A stretch of 64,000 nucleotides of DNA. It comes from Selaginella moellendorffii. Lineage: Eukaryota; Plantae; Lycopodiophyta. The translations under genes were made by a program, and so were the position numbers. Under the pieces are notes generated by a model. The model did not search any database, was not told the origin of the DNA, and worked only from the letters and a program-made list of their open reading frames with translations. The stretch lies in assembly GCF_000143415.4 (NCBI RefSeq), contig NW_003314364.1:124001-188000 (forward strand), given 5' to 3'. Below are positions 48,279 to 60,400 of the stretch, piece after piece (position 1 is the first letter of the stretch; the number at the start of each line of letters is the position of its first letter).

Positions 48279-50883
48279 ATGGCCTTCAGGGTTGGGGAAA
48301 AGGTTTACATTTTGAATGGTGGGAAGAGAGTTGCAAAAGGGACCCTTGTGTCTATGGATCGGAACTTTGTTATACACTGTCAAAGGCTTGGGGAAGGCAA
48401 TGCTGCTGTATCAGTAGAGACTGTCTTCGATGGGAATGTGGTCGCTATTGAACGAGGAGAGATGGTCGTCGGGGTAAATGTTGTTGCTGCCTTGAAAAAT
48501 CTTCAGAAGAAAGCAGATGTGAGGGACAGCGCAAGTGCGACGCATGTTCCCTCCGTGGATCTTAAGAACCGTGCTACATGGATTCAGGCGAAGGTGTTTC
48601 TAAACAACCCCGAGGGGGAGGTGGTAGCTGAGGGCTTAGCCACAGTTGTCGATCCAAGAGATGCGGTTGCTAATCAAGAATTGGGCTGGGATGATATTGG
48701 AGTTGCGATTTTAGAGGTTGTTGACACAGAAGAAAACAGTCTGACTATTGGAAGCATTGTGCGGTGGAAATTGAGGCACTTAGTGTTTGAGAATGTGAAG
48801 GATTCACAATCAAACACCACTACAACTGATGACAGAACATCTCTTCATGGGAAAAGAAAGTACACCTTCCTAAAGCGCAGCCAAAGGAATCTGAGCAACG
48901 AACCGAAAAGGCAGAAAATGGCGATGGAGGTTTGAATTGGAAGATGTGAATCGGGAACTCCAGAGTAATGGCTACAAGAAGCTGAGCCAATCTAGATTTA
49001 GTAGATTGTGGAGCAACAGGTTCAGGGATGTGAGTATAGGAAAGTACTCCAGCTTTTCAAAGTGTGACGAGTGCACTGCTATCAAAATGGCTTTGTCGAA
49101 GAATTCTTGCAGCGCTCAAGAGCGAGAGACGTTGGTTAGAAGGCGGCTCGACCACAACATCGAGCAGAGAAGCTGCAGGACTGCATATTATCATAACAGG
49201 ATTCTCTCCATGGAGAGACCTGACTCTTACCTCTGCATCATCCACGACAAAATGGACCAGAAAAAGACGTGCTTACCTCGACTCAATCCTGCCCCCAAGG
49301 CAATCTCTTCATCCATGCAGCTGCCTGTGTCTCTGTTTGGCATAATCGCTCATGGGCATGGTGCCCAGAACTATGGGAACTTCTTTGTACCTCTATGGGG
49401 TGGCGGGGGTGCAAACATGATGATTGCGTCCCTAGCAAAACACTTAAGGTCTCTGCAAAGTGCGCAAACTGAGCTGAACGGCCAACCCTTGCATAAGGCC
49501 CTTGTCGATCGAACCCCATACAGGGTTCAGCTGGAGGAGGAGCAAAGGCTTGCAGTATCGCGTGGGGCCCCATGCCATCCCAGTGAATATGTTGGCCGTC
49601 AGATTGTAGGGTTATCACGTGAGGCCTCATGCCATTCCGACGAGGCTGGTCGCCCGGTGAATGCACAGCCTCATCCAAACGAAGCAGAATCTCAAGGAAG
49701 TTCTTGCGGCCGATGTGGCCTTCCACCCCATCTTCTGCTCCAAACAAACAATGCTGGCAGTGAGAACAAAAACATGTACGTCTTCGCGTACTTGGCGATG
49801 CTTGTTGCCAAAGGCATATTTGAAACGGTTACACTTGGCTTTCTCATGGTTGGGCACACTCATGAAGACGTCGATGCCATGTTCAGTCACCTGGCAGAGT
49901 CCCTCTGGCGATCCAATGTCCTCACCCTCCCACAACTCTACGATCAATTCCAAAATTGCATCAAAGGCACTGTTGAAGCTGCACTTCTGACAGAGGTTCC
50001 AGACTTTAAGGGGTTTGTAAGAGGCTACATCAGGGACAGATCCGAAACGCTGATTGGCCACTCCAAGCCTCTTCAGTTTCATTTCAGCATGTGTGACGGT
50101 GCTCCAGTGATGAGGTACAAGATGAGAGAATGGGACACAGTGTGGCTGCCAGTGGACGGCATTGAACTCTTCAAGAGAGATCCCATAACTGGGGAATCTA
50201 TGATTCCTCAGGGTTCCCCACGGCCGATGCACCCGGATGGACTCAAAGACCAGGAAAGTATAGTGGCCGGGATTAGACAGCATATTGCCTTCTGGAAGAG
50301 GGGGTTGGTGTTTGGTGGAGAATCCTATTTTCAGAGGTGCAAGCCTTTTCTCGAATACTGGGAGAAGATTATATCTGCTATCCAAAATGGGCCGGTTGTA
50401 TATGAAGAATTGGAAGAGTCCTTTTGGCCAGAACCCAGAGCACCAGATAGTAGCGGAACAATGTCCTCTGGAAATGCAGTGACAGATAACGATGTTGAGG
50501 ATCACTATTGTGGGCCAAGGAACAAGAAGCCGGATTCAGCATTCAATCCAGTACAGGTCTGCAAAGGAATGGTCGTGCTTGTCAGACCAAGTAATAAAAA
50601 ACAAATGATATGGGTGGGGCGCTGCATCACTGATGCAGAGGAGGACGCGGAAACTAAGTCCTTCAATGTAATTGTGGAGTGGTTCAAGCCAAGTTCCGGA
50701 TATACGAAGGATTGCCTAGAAAAGAGATGGGTGCTGAATCCAAGGGATCCCAGCATGAGCATATCGGTGGATAATGTTGTGCATGGTTGGATGCAGAAGC
50801 AGAGTGCCACCATCACCTTGCCAGACCATGCAAGAGATGCAACAAGAGCATTCATAACCCGGGTTCAAGGTGAGATTCATTAA
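48279..50883 (+). pseudogene. Sola-like transposase, copy 2 (internal deletion at ~48935; putative catalytic D changed to N in QTNNAG)
   Basis: ORFs 48279-48935 and 48937-50883 are nearly identical to copy 1. Confidence 0.85.
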
Positions 50884-52085
50884 TATTCCTTTACTAAGTT
50901 TCTAATGTATTTTATTTCAAGGTGAACAATCCGAATCTGAATCAGAGGAGGCGTGATGGCATGTGGCCTGAGATGATGTGACATATGCATTTACCAATCA
51001 CACGTGCATAAATCTAATAATATGGCGTGTGGCCTATATTAATGGCACATAAACCCATATTGTGGGCTTACGTGCTTTATGTACCATCATTCCCTTGCAG
51101 CGTGTGTGTTGGTTTCCTTTTATAACACAACGAACTCCATATTTTAGGGTGAAGAGCATTCTCATAGCAAGCACAAAATCTGTAAGTGAGGCAGAAAAGG
51201 AGACGGAGAAGGAGATAGGTGAAGATGTAGAATATATAAGTCTTCCAAACTCCCCATACTATACTCCAGGTGATCATTTTTCTGAACAAACGGCAACATT
51301 AACAACTATCGAGAACGCCCCAGTAACGTCAGAGACAACAATCCAAAACAAAACAACTGACCCGGAGAAGGATGATAGTACCGCTGAGAGTACCAAAAAG
51401 GAGGTGTCCACTAGCGCTTAGGCTTATAATGGCGTGTGCCCTCATGCCATTTACTTGATCACCAAATACCTTTTTCCCTTTGCACTAGTATATCTTAATA
51501 CCGGTCTGAGAAATAGAATGGCATGTGCCCTTAGGCCTTTTACTAAATCACCTTTGAAAGAAATGCAAGCCTCTATGTCGTAAAAAAAAGGTACTAGAGA
51601 AATTCCTTAATAATATGAATGTTATTTAGTTTCATGAAAATACACTAAGGGTCAAATGAGTTAAATGACTTCTCCAGACTAGCAATGCCTCTTGCTACAC
51701 CTTCACAATTAGATTTGTTAGAAAAAGATAACATTGAATAATATCTAAATGTTCTCACCATTAAGTTATATGTCTGGCTAATAGGAATGACGTTCATCTT
51801 GGAAAGCTCACCACACGCTCAATGAACAAACAAATAGTGTGTGCGCGCATGCTATCGCTCTTCTTTAGCTTCAGATTCAGCTTGTTCACCTTGACAATGA
51901 GATTTATTATAAAACCAGATGGACTCAGTCTGGACATAAAGTCACCGCGCTAGTCACCATGCCCCAGATATGTCTAGCCCCTGGACAAAAAATATATAAT
52001 TTCACGTCATTTTCAAATACTTGAAAATTTGTACCTAGTCCCATTTTACTGAATAAATCCCACTTTAACGAAATAGAGCATCATC

Positions 52086-55000
52086 GCAAATAATCCTCCA
52101 GCTGCCTATTCACCCTTTCCGTTTGTCCGTCTGTCAAGAAGTGTTAGTGGCACCAAACTTGACTTAATACCCCATACCTGTCTGTGGGTGATAGGCGGTG
52201 CTGAATTTCAACTTGGTGCGATACTGTTCCAGGAGAGTCCTCTAGAACCTACTAGTGAAGATCTTATCTCGATCTGAGATAATCTCTTCCGGCCTTCCCC
52301 GCACTCGAACCACTTGTTCGAAGAACAGCTTCGCCACACCTTCCGCATCCACTTTCGTTGTGGTGGGTATGAAATGTGCCATTTTCAAAAATCGGTCCAC
52401 CACCACGAATATCGCATCAAACCCCTCGCTTGGGGGAAGTCCCATGATGAAGTCCATTGTAAGACATTTCCACGGACGATCTGGAATTGGGATGCTTTGC
52501 AACAAGCCCCCACTAGCCTTAGTCACGGCTTTGACCTGCTGACATGTTGGACATGTCTTTACATAGTCTTGGACGTCCTTAGCCATATCTGGCCAATGGT
52601 ACTTCCTTTTGAGTAAGCCCATCGTCTTGGGCACTCCGCCGTGTCCCGCAAGAGGTCCGTCATAACACTCTTCTAAGGCTACCTTCCTTAATTCCCCTTC
52701 TGGAACATACACCCTTGTTTGCTTGTAATAGATGAGTCCGTTGCGTTCCGCATAGCCCATTTTCTCTTCCGTTGGCAGCTCACCTCTCTGGTGAGCTTCC
52801 TGCGCCTCTAGATTCCTTAGCAAAACTTCTTGTGCTAGACCATCGTTCTCATATGCTGTCCGCACATTGTCCCAAAAGGTTGATGTTGCGCTGAATATCG
52901 CCAACCTCAAGCTCGCTTTTCGACTTAGCGCATCTGCCACGATGTTGCTCTTCCCAGGCTTGTACAGAATCTCGCAATCAAACTCAGCCAAGGCATTGGC
53001 CCACCGACCTGTAAGCTCCTGAGTTTGGACTTTCCGGGAGGTCACCCAGCCCAATACTATTCAAACCCAAGGACGCTTAACTCCAACTATCCCAAGACCC
53101 TTAACCAATTGGAAAAGGGGGTGCACTCTTGTTCATGGGCCCTTTCCCTCTATATTTGAACCCCATGGATTGTCTCTCGAGTCGTTCCCTTTGGTCGCTC
53201 TCTTGACACCCTACCCCTCGGGTTGAGCCCAGCGGGAGCAAACTGGACCAGCCAGATGTCACATGTGGTGTGATTCTCTTAGCCAACCAAGAGAGTCGGA
53301 CCCGAGACCTCTCTGATACCAAATATAAGCTCCTGAGTTTAGACTTTCCGGGAGGTCACCCAGCCCAGTACTATTCAAACCCAAGGACGCTTAACTCCAA
53401 CTATCCCAAGACCCTTAACCAATTGGAAAAGGGGGTGCACTCTTGTTCATGGGCCCTTTCCCTCTATATTTGAACCCCATGGATCGTCTCTCGAGTCATT
53501 CCCTTTGGTTTCTTACACGACCTTGTTTCCCTCTCAGGTCGGGCTGTGACAAGAAGTGTTTCGTTGCCACATTGTCCGTGTAAACCTTGAAGTGTCTCCC
53601 AAGGTAGTGTCGCCACTCCTTGAGCACCTTGACCACCACAAACAATTCCTTCTCATGGGCAGGCCACTTCCGTTGAGCCTTGTCCAACTTCTTCGAGAAG
53701 AACGCTACTGGATGGTTGTCTTGCTTCAAAACTGCGCCCAACGCAAAGTCCGAAGCATCCGTGTCTACCTCAAAGACCTTACCAAAATCTGGTAATGCCA
53801 ACACCGGAGCCTTCCTCAACTTCCCTTTGAGGTGGACGAATGCCGCCTCGCATTCTGCTGTCCATACCATTTTCCCTTTTCCTGTTTGGTCCGTTAAGGG
53901 TAGGGCTACTCTCGAATAATGTCTGATAAACTTTCGGTAGTAGTTGCATAGCCCCAAGAACGCCCTCAACTCATGTACATTCGATGGTCGCTCCCATTCC
54001 TGGATCGCTTGGACCTTCTCCAGGTCCACCTTGAGCCCGTCCCAGCCCACCACATGCCCGAGAAACTTTACCTCTTGTTGAGCAAAGTCACATTTGCTCT
54101 CTTTAGCATACAGTTGGTGTTCCCTTAGTTTCTCAAACACCTTCGCCAAATGTTCGGCATGCTCCTCTAGCGTCTCGCTATAGATCAGGATGTCATCAAT
54201 ATAGACGACCACGAAGTGATTCAGATAGGGTACAAAGATGTGGTTCATTAGCGCCGAAAACGTTGCCGGCGCATTGCATAGCCCGAAGGGCATCACCAGA
54301 AACTCAAAGCTCCCATACCTCGTTCGACAGGTTGTCTTCTCGACATCTTCCTCGGCTACCCTGATCTGGTAGTATCCTGACCTTAGGTCAATCCTTGAGA
54401 AGTATTTTGCCTTTCCCAACCTATCGAATAGGTCCACAATTCTTGGCAAAGGGTACTTGTTCTTCTTTGTATACTTGTTGAGCAACCGGTAGTCTATGCA
54501 CATGCACATAGAACCATCTTTCTTTTTCACAAATAACACTGGCACCCCATACGGCGACTTGCTCAACCTAACATACCCTTTATCCACCAACTCCTATAGT
54601 TGGCACTTGAGCTCCTTGAGTTCTTTTTTGTTCAAACGATAGGGGGGACGAACCACCGCCTCAGCACCCTCGATCAGCTCAATCTTATGTTCTATCGGTC
54701 GTGCAGGGGGCAACCCCGCCGGTGGCTCCTCCGGCATGGTATCCTGGAATTGGTCCAACACACGCTGGATCACCAGTTCCGTTCCTGTCTTTTTGTCACT
54801 CTTCACCGAGAGTAAGCACAAAAAGGCTGCCTTAGTTCCTTTGGTGAGTTGTCCTCTCGTGAACACCAGATTTAAGCAGGAATCTTTGGCCTTGCTTTGC
54901 CCTACCTTTAGATCCTGGGCCTCCACCCTAGATCTTCTTCCTTGGGCATTTGCCAGTACCACAAGGTTCTTACCTTGTCTATGCAGGGCTACCACGAACC

Positions 55001-55472
55001 GATTAAACCAATCCATTCCAAAGATCACGTCAAATCCCGCCATGTCCAACACGGTGAAATCCATGTCTACTTTCCATGTCCCTACTTCGACTCTCGCTTG
55101 TCGAAGTACCTCATCGGTGCTTTGGCTACCTTGAACAAACTCTATAGTCCTTGGTTCGCCTAGCCGCTGCACCGTTAGTCCGGCTTGCCGAACTATGTCT
55201 GCAGCCACAAAATTATCCGAAGCACCCGTGTCAATAAGGATCTTAACAAAGCTACCTCCGAGATTCCCTCGGAGGGCTAGTAGATGTCGCGAACAATTCT
55301 CTACCAAAGTTGCTCGTGTAATGAGTAACTTTGAGTTAGGGATTGGATCACATACCTCATTTTGGATTTCACCCGACTTGATGGCCATATTGGCTCTGGC
55401 CTTCTTCGGATAGGGACATTCCCTCGAAAAGTGTCCCGCTTCACCGCAGTTGTAGCATACGTTTTTTCCCAT
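52086..55472 (-). pseudogene. Gypsy gag-pol: zinc knuckle, protease, RT, RNase H, integrase
   Basis: [43 protein letters not shown] and GHGG...CPTCQ. Confidence 0.93.
53010..53517 (-). mobile_element. Cassandra-like TRIM with 5S-derived LTRs
   Basis: LTRs at 53010-53208 and 53324-53517 contain the 5S box region; PBS TGGTATCAGAG at 53311-53321; PPT at 53209-53218; TSD CGACC. Confidence 0.9.
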
Positions 55473-55607
55473 GCTGCTATACGACTTGACCTTCTTATCC
55501 GTGGGTTTGTCTTATTTCGCTTGACTCCCCCACGTACTCGCGCGTTGGGCACCGGATTTGCCTTTTCGGAACCCCGAGGACTCATTCTTAGAGAACTCTA
55601 GAGAAAC

Positions 55608-56986
55608 AACGTATGCTACAACTGCGGTGAAGCGGGACACTTTTCGAGGGAATGTCCCTACCCGAAGAAGGCCAGAGCTAATATGGCCATTAAGTCGGGT
55701 GAAATCCAAAATGAGGTATGTGATCCAGTCCCTAACTCAAAGTTACTCATTACATGAGCAACTTTGGTAGAGAGTCATTCGCGACATCTACTAGCCCTCC
55801 GAGGGAAGCTCGGAGGTAGCTTTGTTAAGATCCTTATTGACACGGGTGCTTCGGATAATTTTGTGGCTGCAGACATAGTCCGGCAAGCCAGACTAATGGC
55901 ACAGCGGCTAGGCGAACCAAGGACTATAGAGTTTGTTCAAGGTAGCCAAAGCACCGATGAGGTACTTTGACAAGTGAGAGTCGAAGTAGGGACATGGAAA
56001 GTAGACATGGATTTCATCGTGTTGGACATGGCGGGATTTGACGTGATCTTCAGAATGGATTGGTTTAATCGGTTCGTGGTAGCCTTGCATGGACAAGGTA
56101 AGAACCTTGTGGTACTGGCAAATGCCCAAGGAAGAAGATCTAGGGTGGAGGCCCAGGATCTAAAGGTAGGGCAAAGCAAGGCCAAAGATTCCTGCTTAAA
56201 CCTGGTGTCCACGAGAGGACAACTCACCAAAGGAACTAAGGCAGCCTTTTTGTGCTTACTCTCGGTGAAGAGTGACAAAAAGACAGGAACGGAAGAAAAA
56301 CCTTTAGTGATCCAGCGGGTGTTGGACCAATTCCAAGATACCATACCGGAGGAGCTACCGGCGGAATTGCCCCCTGCACGACCGATAGAACATAAGATTC
56401 TATAGCAAGCTGGTCGAGGGTGCTGAGGCGGTGGTTCGTCCCCCCTATCATTTGAACGAAAAAGAACTCAAGGAGCTCAAGTGCCAACTAGAGGAGTTGG
56501 TGGACAAAGGGTATGTTAGGTTGAGCAAGTCGCCGTATGGGGTGCCGGTATTATTTGTGAAAAAGAAAGATGGTTCTATGCGCATGTGCATAGACTACCG
56601 GTTGCTCAACAAGTATACAAAGAAGAACAAGTACCCTTTGCCAAGAATTGAGGACCTATTCGATAGGTTGGGAAGGCAAAATACTTCTCGAGGATTGACC
56701 TAAGGTCAGGATACTACCAGATCAGGGTAGCCGAGGAAGATGTCGAGAAGACAACCTGTCAAACGAGGTATGGGAGGTTTGAGTTTCTGGTGATGCCCTT
56801 CGGGCTATGCAATGCGCCGGCAACGTTATCGGTGCTAATGAACCACATCTTTGTACCCTATCTGGATCACTTCGTGGTCGTCTATATCGACGACATCCTG
56901 ATCTATAGCGAGACGCTAGAGGAGCATGCCGAACACTTGGCGAAGGTGTTTAAGAAACTAAGGGAACACCAACTGTATGCTAAAGA
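55608..56986 (+). pseudogene. Inverted partial copy of gypsy gag-pol (knuckle, protease, RT)
   Basis: Reverse-complement match to ~54100-55463; interrupted by transposon copy 3. Confidence 0.9.
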
Positions 56987-57437
56987 AAGCTTTATTTCGT
57001 TAAAGTGGGAATTGTCATTATCCCACTTGTAAAATAAGGTTTCCAAACCTTTATATAGTATATAAATATAACAAAATTCAACTGCATTGAGGCACATGCC
57101 ATTTTATTTAAAGAAGGAAATGTCTACTCAATCACTTCTCCTCCCCCTGCCACTGCTTCACCTCTCTCTTCTCCTTGTCATCGTCGTCCAATTTCTTTCC
57201 ATCCTTTTAATATTGGCTCAGTTGCTCCGAGTCTAGGTGGAGCCCAAGTCCCCATTCAATCTTTACTTTCCCCTTATTAATAAAACAACTTCGTAGACTT
57301 CCAATAACATGCTGTAACACGCTGTAACACTTCTAGTATTATGCAAATCCTCTCAAAGAATTGTCTTTTAATATTAATACAATGGCATGGAACCCCATGC
57401 CATAATAAGTTACATTTTTAAATAAATACATGCCATC

Positions 57438-60400
57438 TCAGACTGTTATTTTTTGCCTCCAACGCCTATACAATAATCTTGGAATTTCATCACTCTCCAC
57501 ACTATCAGGATTTAAACCCAATAGTAATGCCATCTCTTCTCTAATACGTCCACGCTCATGTTCAGTGGTCGAAGAACCCATCCGGTTGAGCAGATTATGG
57601 AGATGCGGATAGTGCTTGGCTAGACAATATACATGCCATAAATGATGACTGGTGTCTGTCCAATCAAATGGCTTCTGATATACCGTTCCATCTGCCATTT
57701 GGTTGATTTCTGCAGCCACCTCCTGGACTGGCCGGTTCTCTATCACCATCGCTCCAAGCCGTTTTGCAAGGTCCCCTAGAACATACGGTTTCTTCTCCCT
57801 AGTTTCCATACTGCAAGAGATGGGGTGCACTGCATATGTGTGCGTGTTCGCTGCAGTTTTAATCGGCGAGTCATCGATGATGAGGATTTCACTTGACCTA
57901 GCAATCTAGTTCATCACTACAGCCTCTGGCTTGACGAAGATGGGCTTGCTACCCCTCACATGGACCATAGTCAAGCAATCCTCCTGCGTTAGGAGAAAGT
58001 CAAATGGTAATATTACTCGCGTCTAATCGTGCATCATCTGTAGCAACGTTAATGCATTGTGGCGCATCATGGATGTCCAAACTCCCAATTGCAAATTGAA
58101 CCCGGCCCTCTGTTTTAAGTGTCGCATGGTCATTATTAGATCCCACAGTTTCTCCCGTGTGATTAATGTGAATCTGTCTCTTTTGACCAACTTGCGACTG
58201 CAGGCTTTGGAGGGTGCAATGACATTCGAGGACGAGCCACGCTCATGGGAGAAAAGGACACCGTTCAGATCAAAAACGATACAGTACCTTCGCCGTGACT
58301 CTGAAATGAAATGCGTCAGCATAAAAAATGGTACAAGTCAATTTTACCATCTACAATATTAGCGAATGGTGCTCCCAATGGTCGTTCAGAGGGTTTTGGT
58401 CGAGGAAACGTGAAGGGCGGAAATACTCTCCTCTGCAATGTGGGGTCAATCGCATCCGATGGCGTGTGGGCACATGCCATTTCAGCTGTAGACTCTGGTA
58501 CAACTGGCTCAACAGTGGCATGGGGTGGTTCCGATGGCGTGTGATCACACGCCATTTCAGCTGGTGCCTCCGTTGGCAAAGTGGACATGACCGAACAGGC
58601 AGCAGGGGCGGTGTAGGGAGGTTCCAACGGCGCGTAGTCAGACGATTGGGCACACGTTGAGTCTGTTGGAAATGAGGATATGACCGGCTCGGCGGCTGGG
58701 GCGGCCTCATGCGGGTCCAATGGCGCCTGGTCACCGTCAGTTGGATACGTGGACAAGATTGACTCAGTGGTATGGGCAGCATCAAGTGGAGCGTGGTCAG
58801 CTTGCTTGGCGTTGATATGGATAGTAGCCTCCACCAGCTCTGATGACTCTTGCAGGCAAGTAGAGTCCACTGGCGGATCCATATGCATGTCCAAATATCT
58901 CCCTTCGATTGAGATGGTATCCTCCCTACTGGCTACTAAAAACAAACTCATTAGCACATTGAATCGACTATACTGTATTTACCATCAACTGCTATTGAGG
59001 AACTAGGACCAATATCACTTGGGCGCACTGCTGATTCTGAAGGATTGGACATACGTTTCGACCCTTGCTTGGCACTATCCTTCCTCGACACTAAAGGCTA
59101 GAGTTTGTATCTTAATTCAACTGAATAATCTCTACTTACCATTTGCTCTGCGACCTACATGGACAATGTTAGAAATGGTAAAAGGTTAGGAATGGATGTA
59201 CTATTATTTACCTGATGGTTTGTCTTGTATGACCTTCCTCTGCTGCTCTTTGGCCACCTCAGGCTGGCCATCGTCGTCATCATCGTCATCGTCGTTATTG
59301 TGATCGTCACCATTGTGAGGACCATCCAAGTCCTCTTCGTCCTCCTCTTCTTCGTCCTCCTCTTCTTTGTCCTCCTCTTCGTCCTTCTGCTCTTCCTGCT
59401 CATTATCTTTCTCTGGCTCCTCATCCCCCTCCTGCATTTCTTCCATAGGCTGCTCAGGCTGGATGGCTTGTTCTTCCAGGACCATCTTGGGAAAATCATC
59501 TAGCCGAGTCTCCATCTCAAAATACAAGACATCCATAGCCTGTTTTAGTGCGTGACCTAGGACCGTATCCTCACCCGACTGTCTTAACATGGTTTCTGCA
59601 TGTTCTTGCACCCTTCGAAGACGACGAGATGAGAAAAATGTGGCCCTGACTTGAAAAGCATCCCTCATCCATTGTACCTCTCCATTGAGATTGGGGAAGG
59701 GGAGTCCGCCATAGGAATCTGAGTCAGGAGGTGGTGACTGGCTGCTTTCACTCAGCCCTTGATCTGCAATGAATGGCATGAGCACACACGCCATAACTGC
59801 GAGGCATTACCTATCATCTTTTCGTTGCCCTTCTTCCTTTTCGAATCAAACGCCTCTGATCCCGACGACTGTCCAACGTGCTTTCGCTTTTTATGACCAC
59901 TGTCAGTTTGAGCTTGATCTGCAAGAAATGGCATGAGGACCCACGCAATAACCATGACGCTTTACTTCCCGTCCTTGGAGGCTCTGTCGTGCCTTCCGCA
60001 TCCTCAGGTGCCTGCTCCTCAATTCCCTTTCGCTTTCGTGTCTTATGCGCCCATTCTACAGAAATAGCATGAGGACATACGCGATGAGCACACAAATGCT
60101 TTTACCCTTCCTCCTCTGCCCTGGTCGGTTGTCCATCTCTTTGTCTACAGCGTCTGAAAGCTGTTTTGCAGGTAGCCTAATTCGAGGTTCACGACGTCTC
60201 CTTGGCACTTGAACTGTATATTATTGCATCAACACATGCAACATCCCATAATATTTTTAAGTTACCTTTCATAAAGTTTTCCATTGGTTCAACTCGTTTC
60301 CCTGAAATACAAACTTAGATAAGTGCATGGGGCCATATGTCATGATCGTACCTGTTTCAGAAATCTCCTTATCACTCTCCGAGGCCTCCCCCTCCTCCAC

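Larger units (their letters stand above)
42897..52081. mobile_element. Sola-like DNA transposon, copy 2 (inverted relative to copy 1, internally deleted)
   Basis: TIRs at both ends; TSD CATC at 42893-42896 and 52082-52085; removing it restores integrase QLEDYLRCYVS. Confidence 0.93.
40517..55560 (-). mobile_element. Ty3/gypsy chromovirus-type LTR retrotransposon, 5'-truncated, with nested insertions
   Basis: Domain order is knuckle, protease, RT, RNase H, integrase, chromodomain, PPT, LTR. Confidence 0.9.
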
